Notes: generated from the letters alone by a model not told the origin. A stretch of 64,000 nt of DNA from an uncultured Candidatus Saccharibacteria bacterium (GCA_964505635.1 CAZDIP010000004.1:7198-71197); one strand, 5' to 3'; numbered from the stretch's first letter, positions 37,561 to 48,020 are shown. Numbers and translations are program-made.

Positions 37561-38157
37561 ATGCCAAGAAAATCACGTTCATACGACAAACACACTCCCG
37601 ATCCGGATCCAAAATACGGTTCGGTTAAATATGCTAAATTTATTAACTATTTAATGGAGCGCGGCAAAAAAAATGTAGCCCGCAAGATTTTTTACGATGC
37701 CTTGGAAATAGTGGGGGAAAAGGCGAAAGATTTAGCTAAATCTGCGCCGGTTGCTTCAAAGACCCCCTCATCTGCCGCGTCTAAAGACGCGGCACCTTCT
37801 CCCACAAGGGGAGAAGGAAATAAGGAAAAATCTTTGGACGGAAGACAGGTTTTTGATATAGCCTTAAAAAACATAGCGCCGATTATGGAATTAAAGTCCC
37901 GCCGTATTGGCGGAGCTAACTATCAGGTGCCTATGGAAGTTATGGAACCGCGCAAAACCACTCTTGCCATGCGCTGGCTTTTGATTGCCTGCCGTGCGAA
38001 AAAAGGCGCCCGGATGGCCGAAAAGTTGGCCGCTGAAATTATGGAAGCCTTTAACAAACAAGGCGCGGCTATTAAAAAACGCGAAGATGTTCACAGGATG
38101 GCAGAAGCCAACAAAGCTTTTGCTCACTTTGCTAGGTTTGGGAATAAGAGGAGATAA
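37561..38157 (+). CDS. rpsG: 30S ribosomal protein uS7 with in-frame palindromic insertion
   Basis: PDPKY, SRRIGGANYQVP, MAEANKAFAH. Confidence 0.97.
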   Translation: MPRKSRSYDKHTPDPDPKYGSVKYAKFINYLMERGKKNVARKIFYDALEIVGEKAKDLAKSAPVASKTPSSAASKDAAPSPTRGEGNKEKSLDGRQVFDIALKNIAPIMELKSRRIGGANYQVPMEVMEPRKTTLAMRWLLIACRAKKGARMAEKLAAEIMEAFNKQGAAIKKREDVHRMAEANKAFAHFARFGNKRR

Positions 38158-38308
38158 AGCTACAGAAGCTAAATTACTATGCTAGTGTTTGTATCTGTGA
38201 AATCTGTGTGCAGAAAAAATCTGCGAGTTAGAACTTTTACAAAAAGAAAAGCGCCGCAGTCACCGTTGAAGGTAAAAGGGCGCGGTTAGGCGGACAATAA
38301 AACGTCCG

Positions 38309-38479
38309 CTATGTGGTTTTCCTCCTTGACTTTGGAAGCTTTTGTCCACACTTAGGGCAAAATTTTGTCTCTTTTTCAGACAGGAATATTTTGCCGTTCC
38401 TTCCGGTGCTCCAATGGAGGATGTCTGCTCGGACTCCCATGGAGTCCTTAATGTCTTGGCAAACTCTGCACTTTTTCAT
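38309..38479 (-). CDS. 56-aa zinc-ribbon protein antisense within the str operon (not in ORF track)
   Basis: Manual translation MKKCRVCQDIKDSMGVRADILHWSTGRNGKIFLSEKETKFCPKCGQKLPKSRRKTT*. Confidence 0.65.
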   Translation of the reverse strand: MKKCRVCQDIKDSMGVRADILHWSTGRNGKIFLSEKETKFCPKCGQKLPKSRRKTT

Positions 38480-38627
38480 AGCAGCGTAAAGATATCAAGA
38501 AAATGCCAATGCTGTAAAGGCTCTAAAATCATCAAAAAACAATAAGTCTAATAGGTCTTAAATAGGACCGATGAGACACAAAAATTTAAAAACTAACAAC
38601 TAATAACTATTCACTAACAACTATCTT

Positions 38628-40751
38628 ATGCCCCGAGAATATCCCATAGAACAAACCCGTAACATTGGCATTATTGCCCACATTGACGCGGGTAAAACCA
38701 CGGTTACCGAAGGTATTTTATACAATACCGGCATGATCCATAAAATCGGCGCGGTGCACGAAGGCGAGACCACGACCGACTGGATGGAGCAGGAACGCGA
38801 GCGCGGAATTACGATTACCGCGGCCGCGGTGACTTGCTATTGGACACCCAGGTTTATTAAACTGGCCGGCGACACCAAGCACAAAATCAACATTATAGAC
38901 ACCCCGGGACACGTGGATTTTACCGTGGAAGTAGAGCGCTCTTTGCGCGTTTTAGACGGCGCGGTTGTGGTATTTGACGGAAAAATGGGCGTAGAGCCTC
39001 AAAGCGAAACCGTATGGCGCCAGGCTGACAAGTACAATGTGCCCCGCATGTGTTTTATTAACAAAATCAACCAGACCGGAGGCGACTTTTACAAGTCCTT
39101 AGACTCCATTCATAAAAGGCTTTCTCCCAACGCTTTTCCTATTCAGCTGCCAATTGGTTTTGAAAAGGAAATTGTTGGCGTAGTGGATTTAATTAACATG
39201 AAGGCTTATACCTACAAGGACTACACTGACAAGGAGTTTGTGATAGGCGAAGTACCGGCTAGTATGATGGAAAAAGCCAAAGAGTACCGACATAAGCTTT
39301 TGGAAAAAGTCGTGGAAAGCGACGACGCTTTAATGGAAAAGTATTTAAATGGACAGGAATTAACCGAAGCGGAATTTTTAACCGCAATTCGTAAAGCCGT
39401 TCAGTCAGCCAAGTTTTTCCCCGTGTTAGGCGGAGACGGGCGCGGGATTATTGTGCAGACTATTTTGGACGCGGTAACTAACTTTTTACCAAGCCCAACT
39501 GACCGCGGGGAAGTAAAAGGCCATGACTTAAAAACCGGAGCCGAAATTATTAGAAAACCCAACGACTCAGAGCCGTTTACCGCCCTGGCGTTTAAAATTG
39601 CCACCGACCCTTTTGTCGGCCGCCTGTGTTTTTTTAGAGTTTATGCCGGGCATTTGGAGGCCGGCAGTTATGTGCTTAACGCCCGCACTGGGGATAAAGA
39701 ACGCGTGGGCCGCATTGTGCGCATGCGTGCTGACCAAAGAGACGAGGTTAAAGAAGTTTTTGCAGGCGACATTTGCGCGCTTGTAGGGCCAAAAAATACT
39801 TTTACCGGAGACACTTTGTGCGACGTAGACAAGCCTGTTCAGTTAGAAGCTATTAAGTTTGCCGAGCCGGTTATAAGTATGGCGATTGAACCTAAAACCA
39901 AAGCAGACCAGGAAAAAATGGGCATTGCTTTGCAAAAATTGGCGGAGGAAGATCCGACTTTCAGGCTTTCCACCAACGAAGAAACCCAACAGACTATTAT
40001 TGCCGGTATGGGAGAATTGCATTTGGAAATTATTGTTGACCGCATGAAGCGGGAATTTAAGGTGGAAGCAAACGTGGGTAAGCCGGAAGTCGCTTACAAA
40101 GAAACCTTTAAGAAAATTGCCGAAGCGGAAAGCAAATACATTCGCCAGACCGGCGGACGCGGCCAATACGGCCACTGCTGGATTCGGGTTGAGCCGCTTG
40201 AACGCGGCAAGGGCTATGAATTCGTGGACGAGGTTGTCGGCGGCGTTATTCCCAAAGAATATATTAAGCCGATAGACAAAGGCATTCAAGAATCGGCCGC
40301 TAACGGCGTGATTGCCGGTTACCCCTTGGTGGACTTTAGGGCTGCGGTGTTTGACGGAAGCTATCACGAAGTGGACTCTAGCGAAATGGCCTTTAAAATC
40401 GCGGGTAGCAAGGCGTTGCAGGACGCGGTGAAAAAAGCCGACCCGATAATTTTAGAGCCGATTATGAAAGTGGAGGTTATAACCCCCGAAGCCAACATGG
40501 GCGACGTAATTGGCGACCTTAACAGCAAACGCGCCCAAATTAACGAAATGATTGACCGCATGCACTTAAAAGTTATAGATGCTTTTGTTCCTTTAAGCGA
40601 AATGTTCGGCTATGCTACCGCACTGCGCAGCATGACCCAGGGCCAGGCTTCCTACACAATGGAATTTGACCATTATTCAGAAGTGCCGAAAAATGTTGCT
40701 GCCAGCATTATTGAAAGCCGCGCCGGGATAAATGTCAGAAAAGGAATGTAG
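38628..40751 (+). CDS. fusA: Elongation factor G
   Basis: [37 protein letters not shown]. Confidence 0.98.
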   Translation: MPREYPIEQTRNIGIIAHIDAGKTTVTEGILYNTGMIHKIGAVHEGETTTDWMEQERERGITITAAAVTCYWTPRFIKLAGDTKHKINIIDTPGHVDFTVEVERSLRVLDGAVVVFDGKMGVEPQSETVWRQADKYNVPRMCFINKINQTGGDFYKSLDSIHKRLSPNAFPIQLPIGFEKEIVGVVDLINMKAYTYKDYTDKEFVIGEVPASMMEKAKEYRHKLLEKVVESDDALMEKYLNGQELTEAEFLTAIRKAVQSAKFFPVLGGDGRGIIVQTILDAVTNFLPSPTDRGEVKGHDLKTGAEIIRKPNDSEPFTALAFKIATDPFVGRLCFFRVYAGHLEAGSYVLNARTGDKERVGRIVRMRADQRDEVKEVFAGDICALVGPKNTFTGDTLCDVDKPVQLEAIKFAEPVISMAIEPKTKADQEKMGIALQKLAEEDPTFRLSTNEETQQTIIAGMGELHLEIIVDRMKREFKVEANVGKPEVAYKETFKKIAEAESKYIRQTGGRGQYGHCWIRVEPLERGKGYEFVDEVVGGVIPKEYIKPIDKGIQESAANGVIAGYPLVDFRAAVFDGSYHEVDSSEMAFKIAGSKALQDAVKKADPIILEPIMKVEVITPEANMGDVIGDLNSKRAQINEMIDRMHLKVIDAFVPLSEMFGYATALRSMTQGQASYTMEFDHYSEVPKNVAASIIESRAGINVRKGM

Positions 40752-40891
40752 AGCTACAGAAGCTACAGATGGGATGCGCTACAGATGCCTACAGAAAACT
40801 ACAGAAATTAAATAACAAATTTCAAATTAAAAAAAGCGCCGGCGGTGGTGCCGGCGCAAGGCGATCCAGGGAAAGTTGATGGACACAATAA

Positions 40892-41086
40892 TTAGATGTA
40901 TCGGATTGGAATTCCTCGACGCCGGTCCCACCAGTCGCCTATTCCAACAACAATAAGAGTTGCTACCAGAGCACCGGGAATTGTCAGAATGGTTATTGGC
41001 CAAAAAACGTCTTCCAACCCCAGCATCCAGTAAAGGTAGCAGACCAGTCCGTACACCAAAAGAACTACCAGGATGGTTATTATCAT
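40892..41086 (-). CDS. Small 2-TM membrane protein (antisense cassette)
   Basis: Two hydrophobic helices with WWDRRR tail; minus-strand terminator at about 40829-40857. Confidence 0.55.
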   Translation of the reverse strand: MIITILVVLLVYGLVCYLYWMLGLEDVFWPITILTIPGALVATLIVVGIGDWWDRRRGIPIRYI

Positions 41087-41152
41087 GGATGTTCCTGTTT
41101 CTTTTTCAGATTTAATCTATCAGTTTATCCAGAGAATGTAAATATAGAATTT

Positions 41153-41491
41153 ATGTCTACATTAAATGATTTAATCAAACTAGCAAAGGCGGACGGGGGA
41201 AAGTTTTTTGTGCTGGATGAAGCTGGCGAGGTAAAGTTGGTTATAATGCCTTTGGAAGAATATAAAAGTTTGACTGTGGGCAAGGCTGTAAAATCTGCTT
41301 TAGACCCGGAAACGGTTAATAAGCAAATTATCAAAGCCCAACTTGAAGACGTTTCTGAACTTACACCCGCATCTGCGCCAAAAAGCCCGCAAGTGCAGAG
41401 CCTGGATTTGGAAAAACGCGATTTAAGGGAAGAAGTTATAGATTTAAGTTTTGATTTTGACGGACCAAAAACTGATTTTGACGACCTGTAA
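41153..41491 (+). CDS. Hypothetical protein with Phd/YefM-like N-terminus
   Basis: FVLD..G....VIMPLEEY pattern and acidic tail. Confidence 0.6.
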   Translation: MSTLNDLIKLAKADGGKFFVLDEAGEVKLVIMPLEEYKSLTVGKAVKSALDPETVNKQIIKAQLEDVSELTPASAPKSPQVQSLDLEKRDLREEVIDLSFDFDGPKTDFDDL

Positions 41492-41506
41492 AGTACAAAG
41501 TACAAG

Positions 41507-41535
41507 TTGACATAAAGTTATTTTTTGGGTAAAAT
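41507..41535 (+). promoter_or_regulatory. tuf promoter
   Basis: TTGACA-17 nt-TAAAAT. Confidence 0.75.
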
Positions 41536-41552
41536 TTTTTTGCAACTTCCGG

Positions 41553-41620
41553 CGTCATTCCGAGCGTGGCGAGGAATCTACTAAATATGATCTGATTTTT
41601 GACTTCGTTTGGGATGATGC
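41553..41620. repeat. Palindromic MITE/REP-like element in the tuf leader
   Basis: cgtcattccgagcgtggcgaggaatc...cttcgtttgggatgatg. Confidence 0.65.
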
Positions 41621-41779
41621 CGAAAGACTGAGTTAATAAAACTAATAAATTAATCGTAGCCCTGGATTCCGAAAGGATAGAAAGAGAAAAACCCTTGGCT
41701 TTGCGCCGATCGATAGGCGCGGGGTTAAGGGTTTCTCGGGCGAAATTCCGCCTCTGGCGGGATAAGAAAGGTAAAATAA

Positions 41780-42961
41780 ATGGCAGACAAGTTTGACAGA
41801 AGCAAAACCCACGTAAACGTGGGTACCATTGGCCACGTTGACCATGGTAAAACCACATTAACCGCGGCAATTACCACCGTGCTTTCCAAAACCGGCGGTG
41901 CGAAAGCCAGGGCTTACGACAGCATTGACAATGCCCCGGAAGAAAAGGCTCGCGGTATTACCATTAATACCGCCCACGTGGAATATGAAAGCGCCAAGCG
42001 CCACTATGCCCACGTAGACTGTCCGGGTCACGCTGACTACATCAAAAACATGATTACCGGCGCCGCTCAAATGGACGGGGCGATTTTGGTAGTTTCAGCC
42101 GCTGACGGACCTATGCCGCAGACTCGCGAACACATTTTGCTCGCCCGCCAGGTAGGCGTGCCGTACATTGTGGTTTATATGAACAAGTGCGACATGGTGC
42201 AGGACAAGGAACTTTTGGACTTGGTGGAAGAAGAAATCCGCGACTTGCTCAACAAGTACGAATTTCCCGGCAAAGACACCCCAATTATCCGCGGCAGCGC
42301 CTTAAAAGCTTTGGAAGGCGACGCGGAATATGAAAAAACCATTCATCAATTGGTTGAAACTTTGGATAGTTATATCCCGGATCCGGTTAGAGAAACCGAC
42401 AAGCCTTTCCTAATGCCGATTGAAGATATATTCTCAATCGAAGGCCGAGGAACTGTGGTTACCGGAAGAATTGAACGCGGACAAGTTAAAGTCAACGAAG
42501 AAATTGAAATTGTCGGTATTCGCCCAACAACTAAAACCGTAGTAACTGGTATTGAAATGTTTAATAAGCAGTTAGACAGCGGTTTGGCAGGGGACAATGC
42601 CGGTGTTTTGCTTCGCGGCACTAAAAAAGACGAAGTGGAACGCGGCCAGGTTTTGTGCAAGCCGGGATCCATTAACCCGCATACTGAATTTGAAGCTGAG
42701 GTTTATATTTTAACCAAAGAAGAAGGCGGTCGACACACCCCGTTCTTTAAAGGTTATAAGCCGCAATTTTATGTCCGCACTACCGATGTGACCGGTGAAG
42801 TGATTTTGCCGGAAGGCCAGGAAATGGTTATGCCGGGCGACACCGTTAAATTGGTTATTAAATTAATTACTCCGGTGGCTTTGGAAGAAAAGGGCAAGTT
42901 TGCCATTCGCGAAGGCGGTCATACTGTAGGAGCCGGTGTTGTTACCAAGATCATCAAATAA
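41780..42961 (+). CDS. tuf: Elongation factor Tu
   Basis: [29 protein letters not shown]. Confidence 0.99.
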   Translation: MADKFDRSKTHVNVGTIGHVDHGKTTLTAAITTVLSKTGGAKARAYDSIDNAPEEKARGITINTAHVEYESAKRHYAHVDCPGHADYIKNMITGAAQMDGAILVVSAADGPMPQTREHILLARQVGVPYIVVYMNKCDMVQDKELLDLVEEEIRDLLNKYEFPGKDTPIIRGSALKALEGDAEYEKTIHQLVETLDSYIPDPVRETDKPFLMPIEDIFSIEGRGTVVTGRIERGQVKVNEEIEIVGIRPTTKTVVTGIEMFNKQLDSGLAGDNAGVLLRGTKKDEVERGQVLCKPGSINPHTEFEAEVYILTKEEGGRHTPFFKGYKPQFYVRTTDVTGEVILPEGQEMVMPGDTVKLVIKLITPVALEEKGKFAIREGGHTVGAGVVTKIIK

Positions 42962-42982
42962 TCAAAATTTGACAGTCTGTGA

Positions 42983-43017
42983 AAAAGAAAAACCCTCTTT
43001 TAGAGGGTTTTTCTTTT
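42983..43017. terminator. Bidirectional terminator after tuf
   Basis: aaaagaaaaaccctc-tttta-gagggtttttctttt. Confidence 0.85.
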
Positions 43018-43062
43018 AACTAAGCGGAAAAGAAAAAAAAGAGATAAAAATAATAATGTATA

Positions 43063-43091
43063 ATTATAACACATATTTATATAATTGTCAA
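43063..43091 (-). promoter_or_regulatory. Consensus promoter divergent from the S10 promoter
   Basis: Minus strand TTGACA-17 nt-TATAAT with extended -10 TG. Confidence 0.65.
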
Positions 43092-43104
43092 TATAAGTTA
43101 AATG

Positions 43105-43133
43105 TTGACAATATTGCCATTATGCTTTAAACT
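43105..43133 (+). promoter_or_regulatory. S10 operon promoter
   Basis: TTGACA-17 nt-TAAACT. Confidence 0.75.
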
Positions 43134-43197
43134 ATTGCAAGTTGCTTAATTATATTTAAGCGCAATTTTATTTAATCTTTTAAGTAGTACTTTTCAA

Positions 43198-43524
43198 ATG
43201 GAAAAGGAAGCGGTAAAACAGCCTAAAATTAGAATAAAAATCAGGGCTTATGACCATAAGCTTATTGATCAAAGCTGTAAACAGATAGTGGAAACTGCCA
43301 AACGGACCGGCGCAAGAATCAACGGTCCTATTCCTTTGCCTACCGATAATAAAAAATACACCGTACTTCGTTCCACTTTTGTCCATAAAGACAGCCGCGA
43401 ACAGTTTGAAATGCGAACCCATAAGAGATTAATAGACATTTTAGACGCTACCCCGAAAACCATTGATTCTTTAACTAATCTGAATTTACCCGCCGGCGTT
43501 GATGTGGAAATAAAAATGAGTTAA
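43198..43524 (+). CDS. rpsJ: 30S ribosomal protein uS10
   Basis: [31 protein letters not shown]. Confidence 0.98.
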   Translation: MEKEAVKQPKIRIKIRAYDHKLIDQSCKQIVETAKRTGARINGPIPLPTDNKKYTVLRSTFVHKDSREQFEMRTHKRLIDILDATPKTIDSLTNLNLPAGVDVEIKMS

Positions 43525-43752
43525 TCCGCTAATTGTAAATTTTACTAAGAATACAAATCTAAAAGTTTTGTAGCATAAATACAACTAGCAGTTAGCGAAT
43601 AAGATGAGTTGGTTCTTTTATCCCAAATCCGCGAGACAGCGAATCAGGATATTTAGATAACGATTCATTCACATAAGTAAAAGAAAGCACAGCTTTCATT
43701 TATTCATGCGGGTGAGTCGCCCGCATTTATTTTTTGCAAAATAACAAATACA

Positions 43753-44415
43753 ATGAACTTTGCCTTTGGAACCAAATTAAATATGAGCCAGTATTTTGAC
43801 GAAAAATCCGGGGAAGTTATCCCGGTAACTGTCGTTAAGGCTGCTCCTATGGTTGTTACCCAGGTTAAGTCCACGGAAGGCAAAGACAAATATAATGCCG
43901 TCCAGGTTGGAATTGGCAAAAAGAAAAAGCTTTCTAAATCTTTACAGGGCCATATGAAAGATTTGGGAAGTTTTTCCGTTTTGGCTGAATTTCGGGTTAA
44001 TGACACTAAAGATTTGGAACGCGGTAAAAAATTAGACGTTTCGGCGTTTCAGGTAGGCGAGCTGGTTAATGTAATTGGAATTTCCAAAGGCCGTGGATTT
44101 GCAGGCGCTATTAAACGCCATGGTTTTGCGGGTTTTCCGGCTAGTCATGGCCATAACAAGCCCCGTAGCGTAGGCAGCATAGGTCAGCGTTTTCCACAAC
44201 ATACCAGAAAAGGCCTTAGGATGTCAGGCCATATGGGAGTTACCCAGGTGACGGTTAAAAATTTGCAGGTAGTGGAAGTTGACGCTAAGAGGCATTTGAT
44301 TTCTTTGAGAGGCGCGGTTCCCGGACACCGAAACGGGATGGTTAAGATTGTTTCTACCGGTAAAGTCAAGCCATTGGTAAGAATTGAAGAATTTAAGGAA
44401 GTAAAGAAGAAGTAA
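43753..44415 (+). CDS. rplC: 50S ribosomal protein uL3
   Basis: K..MSQ.F, SKGRGFAG.IKRH, GSIG, M.GHMG. Confidence 0.97.
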   Translation: MNFAFGTKLNMSQYFDEKSGEVIPVTVVKAAPMVVTQVKSTEGKDKYNAVQVGIGKKKKLSKSLQGHMKDLGSFSVLAEFRVNDTKDLERGKKLDVSAFQVGELVNVIGISKGRGFAGAIKRHGFAGFPASHGHNKPRSVGSIGQRFPQHTRKGLRMSGHMGVTQVTVKNLQVVEVDAKRHLISLRGAVPGHRNGMVKIVSTGKVKPLVRIEEFKEVKKK

Positions 44416-44481
44416 TTTAGTAAGTAGTCGGCAGTAAGCAGCAAGCAGCCAGAAGATTTGACTGCCAACTATCAAACTCCT

Positions 44482-45129
44482 ATGAAAGTATCTTTATACA
44501 ATCAACTGGCAGAGAAAATCGGCGACGTGGATTTGAATCCGAAGATTTTTGAAGTAAAGTCCAAGAAGCATCTTTTGGCAGAAGCAGCTAGAATAGCTTT
44601 GTCCAATGCCCGTCAGGGAACCAGTAATACTAAGACTCGCGGCGAAGTAAGGGGCGGCGGTAAAAAACCCTGGAAACAGAAAGGCACGGGCAGGGCGCGC
44701 GCCGGCAGCATCAGAAGTCCAATTTGGCGTAAAGGAGGTATTACCTTTGGCCCGAGAGCAAACCAAAATTGGGAATTAAAGCTTAATAAGAAGGCAAAAA
44801 AGCAAGCCTTGTTTATGACCCTGTCAGATAAAGCCAAGGAAAACGCCCTATTTGTAGTGGACCGGTTAGTTTTGGAGAAAAATAAAACCAAAGAATTTAT
44901 GGAAGTTCTCAAAGCTTTTCATAAGTCCATAAAATCTTTTGGGAAAAGGCATTTACTGCTTTTGCCCAAGAATGAATCAGGGATAGTAAGAGCCAGCAGA
45001 AATATTCCGTCGGTTATGCCGGTATTAGCTTCCAATTTAAATTTGATTGATGTATTAAAAGCAGACAGTGTTTTAGTAACCAAAGATTCTTTGGAAACTT
45101 TAGAAAAAACTTTTTTAAGTGAGAAATAG
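44482..45129 (+). CDS. rplD: 50S ribosomal protein uL4 (start at ATG 44482)
   Basis: RQGT..TKTRGEVRGGGKKPWKQKGTGRARAGS. Confidence 0.97.
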   Translation: MKVSLYNQLAEKIGDVDLNPKIFEVKSKKHLLAEAARIALSNARQGTSNTKTRGEVRGGGKKPWKQKGTGRARAGSIRSPIWRKGGITFGPRANQNWELKLNKKAKKQALFMTLSDKAKENALFVVDRLVLEKNKTKEFMEVLKAFHKSIKSFGKRHLLLLPKNESGIVRASRNIPSVMPVLASNLNLIDVLKADSVLVTKDSLETLEKTFLSEK

Positions 45130-45144
45130 CATCACTAACCATTT

Positions 45145-45486
45145 ATGGCCATTTTGGAGAAAAAAACTGAAAATATGAAAGTTGCCTTATTATCTACCCC
45201 GGCTATGCAGGGAATTTTGGTGCAGCCCAGGGTTTCCGAAAAAGCTTCTCATTTGGCAGGCAAGGGTAAGTATGTGTTTATTGTGGCCCCTAAAGCTAAT
45301 AAAGTTGAAGTAAAGAAAGCTATAGAAAAAGCCTATAAAGTCAAAGTTATCCAGGTTAATATTATTAACAATAAAGGCAAGGTCAGGAATTTTGGCCGTA
45401 CCACCGGAAGGATTTCCGGTTTTAAAAAAGCCGTTGTTACTTTGAAGCAAGGCGATAAAATTGAAGACATGACCGAGACAGTGTAA
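45145..45486 (+). CDS. rplW: 50S ribosomal protein uL23
   Basis: P.VSEKA, ANK.EVKKA, KKA.VTL. Confidence 0.95.
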   Translation: MAILEKKTENMKVALLSTPAMQGILVQPRVSEKASHLAGKGKYVFIVAPKANKVEVKKAIEKAYKVKVIQVNIINNKGKVRNFGRTTGRISGFKKAVVTLKQGDKIEDMTETV

Positions 45487-45506
45487 TTATTTAATTAATC
45501 TACAAT

Positions 45507-46343
45507 ATGGCAGTAAAAGTTTACAAACCAACTTCAGCCGGACGGCGCATTCACAGTGTGACCGATTATTCGGTATTGCAAAAAAGCCACAAAACTCCCA
45601 AAAGTTTGGTTTTTAGTAAAGCTAGGCCTGCCGGTCGCAATAACAGCGGTAAGATTACCGTTCGCCACCAGGGCGGGGGGGCTTTAAGAAAAGTCAGAAT
45701 TGTAGATTTTTCCCGCCAAGATAAAAAGAATATTCCGGCTAAAGTTTTGACTGTTGAATACGATCCGACCCGCAGCGCTTTTATTTCATTAGTTGCATAT
45801 AAAGATGGAACTAAGCGTTATGTTATTACGCCAGAAGGCTTGAAGGTTGGAAATATAATTTTGTACTCAGACACGGCTGAAATTTTGCCGGGCAATCGTT
45901 TAATGCTAAAAAATATTCCAGTCGGTACTTTGGTGCATGATATTGAGTTGATTCCCGGACATGGCGGCAAAATTGCCAGAAGCGCCGGCGGGTACTGCAT
46001 TTTGCAGACTTTGGAAGCCGGCTACGCGCTTTTAAAAATGCCTAGCGGGGAAATTAGAAAAGTTCCTGAAGCTTGTTTAGCGAGTATAGGCCAGGTTACA
46101 AATGTTGATTGGATGAATGTGCGTATTGGTAAAGCCGGTAGAATGCGTCTTATGGGCTGGCGGCCGTCGGTTAGAGGTAAGGTCATGAATCCGGTGGATC
46201 ACCCCCATGGTGGCGGTGAAGGTGTTAACCCAATTGGACTTAAGTATCCTAAAACCCCCTGGGGCAAACATGCTTTAGGTGTAAAGACCCGCAGGCAAAA
46301 GAAGTATTCCAACAGGATGATAGTCAAACGCAGAAGTAAATAA
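45507..46343 (+). CDS. rplB: 50S ribosomal protein uL2
   Basis: GRNNSGKIT.RH.GGG, EYDP.R, MNPVDHPHGGGEG. Confidence 0.98.
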   Translation: MAVKVYKPTSAGRRIHSVTDYSVLQKSHKTPKSLVFSKARPAGRNNSGKITVRHQGGGALRKVRIVDFSRQDKKNIPAKVLTVEYDPTRSAFISLVAYKDGTKRYVITPEGLKVGNIILYSDTAEILPGNRLMLKNIPVGTLVHDIELIPGHGGKIARSAGGYCILQTLEAGYALLKMPSGEIRKVPEACLASIGQVTNVDWMNVRIGKAGRMRLMGWRPSVRGKVMNPVDHPHGGGEGVNPIGLKYPKTPWGKHALGVKTRRQKKYSNRMIVKRRSK

Positions 46344-46373
46344 TTTTTAAACAGATTAATAATTTAGCATAAG

Positions 46374-46706
46374 ATGTCACGAAGTTTAAAAAAAGGTCCG
46401 TTTATAGACGCCAAGCTTTTAAAAAAAGTCTTAAAAGGCAAAGCCGGAAAAGACAGGATTAAAACCTGGTCTCGGGACAGCACAATTTCTCCGGAAATGG
46501 TTGGTTTTACCTTTGAAGTGCATAACGGCAGGGCTTTCATTCCGGTTTTTGTCACAGAAAACATGGTTGGGCATAAACTTGGAGAATTTGCTTTAACCAG
46601 AAAGTTTATGAGGCATGGAGGTAAGATGGCTAAAGAGCAGGAAGCTGCGGCAGCCGCTTCGGAAAAAGCTAAATTAAACGCCGCTAAGGAAGAGCCTAAG
46701 AAGTAA
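46374..46706 (+). CDS. rpsS: 30S ribosomal protein uS19
   Basis: [24 protein letters not shown]. Confidence 0.97.
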   Translation: MSRSLKKGPFIDAKLLKKVLKGKAGKDRIKTWSRDSTISPEMVGFTFEVHNGRAFIPVFVTENMVGHKLGEFALTRKFMRHGGKMAKEQEAAAAASEKAKLNAAKEEPKK

Positions 46707-46732
46707 TATTTTGAATTAAGTTTTCCGTATTT

Positions 46733-47302
46733 ATGTCCGATCAAACATTAAAAAACCAGACTCCTAAAATTGTTACGGCTTACGCCAGGCATCTTAGAAT
46801 TGCTCCAAGAAAAATGAGATTGGTTACTAACCTTGTCAAAAATATGCACGTAGCGGATGCTTTAAACCAATTGGCGCATACCAATAAAAAGGGAGCTGCC
46901 ATGTTGGTTAAACTGATTAAGTCGGCCGTAGCCAATGCCCAGCATAATTTTGCCATGGATTCGGACAAACTTTATATTAGAAAGGTTACCGCTGACATGG
47001 GCAAGGCCATGAAACGCTATTTTCCCAGAGCCCGCGGCAGCGCATTTGTTATTAAAAGAAAAATGAGTCATGTAAGCGTAGAGTTGGAAGAGCGCAAGAC
47101 CGGCAAGGCCAAAACATCAAAATTTGAAATTTTTAAAAAATCCCAGCAGAAAGAAAAAGACGGCGCTGACCATAAAGACGCAGTAAGCAAGCCGGTTGTG
47201 GATGAAATAAAAAAATCCCAGATTTTTAAAACCGACGAACAGAAAAAAATGAGCAAAGTCGCCAATAAACGCAGAATGTTTAATCGCAAAGCCGGTGAGT
47301 AA
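46733..47302 (+). CDS. rplV: 50S ribosomal protein uL22 with long C-terminal extension
   Basis: RIAPRK.RLV, SAVANA, PRARG.A. Confidence 0.95.
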   Translation: MSDQTLKNQTPKIVTAYARHLRIAPRKMRLVTNLVKNMHVADALNQLAHTNKKGAAMLVKLIKSAVANAQHNFAMDSDKLYIRKVTADMGKAMKRYFPRARGSAFVIKRKMSHVSVELEERKTGKAKTSKFEIFKKSQQKEKDGADHKDAVSKPVVDEIKKSQIFKTDEQKKMSKVANKRRMFNRKAGE

Positions 47303-47345
47303 ATTAGTACAAGATTTTGTAAATATTCAACTCAATTAAATTTTT

Positions 47346-48020
47346 ATGGGACACAAGATTAGCCCGACATCTTTAAGACTTAATATAACCGATACCTGGA
47401 AATCCAGGTGGTTTTCCAAAAGCGCTTTTCAAAAACAACTGAAAGAAGATGTGGTTATCCGCGAATATCTTGCTAAGCACTTAAAAAATGCCGGATTGGT
47501 AAGAATTGATATAGAACGGTTAAACGACGGCACAATTACAGTTATAATAAAAACCACCAAGCCGGGCTTGATTATTGGCAAAGGCGGGGCTGGGATTGAG
47601 GAGCTAAAGAAGAAAATCAAGGCTAAGCTGGGAATTAAGCAGGAACTAAAGGTTAACATTGAAGAAGTTAGGGACATAAATTTACAAGCCCAGGTTATTG
47701 CCAACAGTATTGCTGAACAGATAGAAAAACGCGTTGCGTTCAGGAGATTAATGAAACAGTCTTTGGAGCAAATTATGAATGCGGGCGCCAAGGGCGCCAA
47801 AGTGGCAATAGGCGGACGTTTAAACGGAGCTGATATTGCCAGAACCGAGCATTTAGCCAGCGGGAAAATCCCGCTTCATACTTTGCGGGCTGATATAGAC
47901 TTTGCCCGCAGTACCGCTTACACTACATATGGAACTGTTGGAATTAAGGTCTGGATTTATAAAGGAGATGTGTTTGAGGAAAGGCAAGTGCAAAACTCCA
48001 AAAGCAAGATGCAAAATTAA
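47346..48020 (+). CDS. rpsC: 30S ribosomal protein uS3
   Basis: MGHK, PGLIIGKGG, GRLNGA.IAR.E, PLHTLRADID. Confidence 0.97.
   Translation: MGHKISPTSLRLNITDTWKSRWFSKSAFQKQLKEDVVIREYLAKHLKNAGLVRIDIERLNDGTITVIIKTTKPGLIIGKGGAGIEELKKKIKAKLGIKQELKVNIEEVRDINLQAQVIANSIAEQIEKRVAFRRLMKQSLEQIMNAGAKGAKVAIGGRLNGADIARTEHLASGKIPLHTLRADIDFARSTAYTTYGTVGIKVWIYKGDVFEERQVQNSKSKMQN

Noticed and set aside
38342-38545. 67-aa plus-strand ORF between rpsG and fusA
   Set aside because: TTG start and no motif; the opposite strand encodes a cleaner CxxC/CPxCG protein
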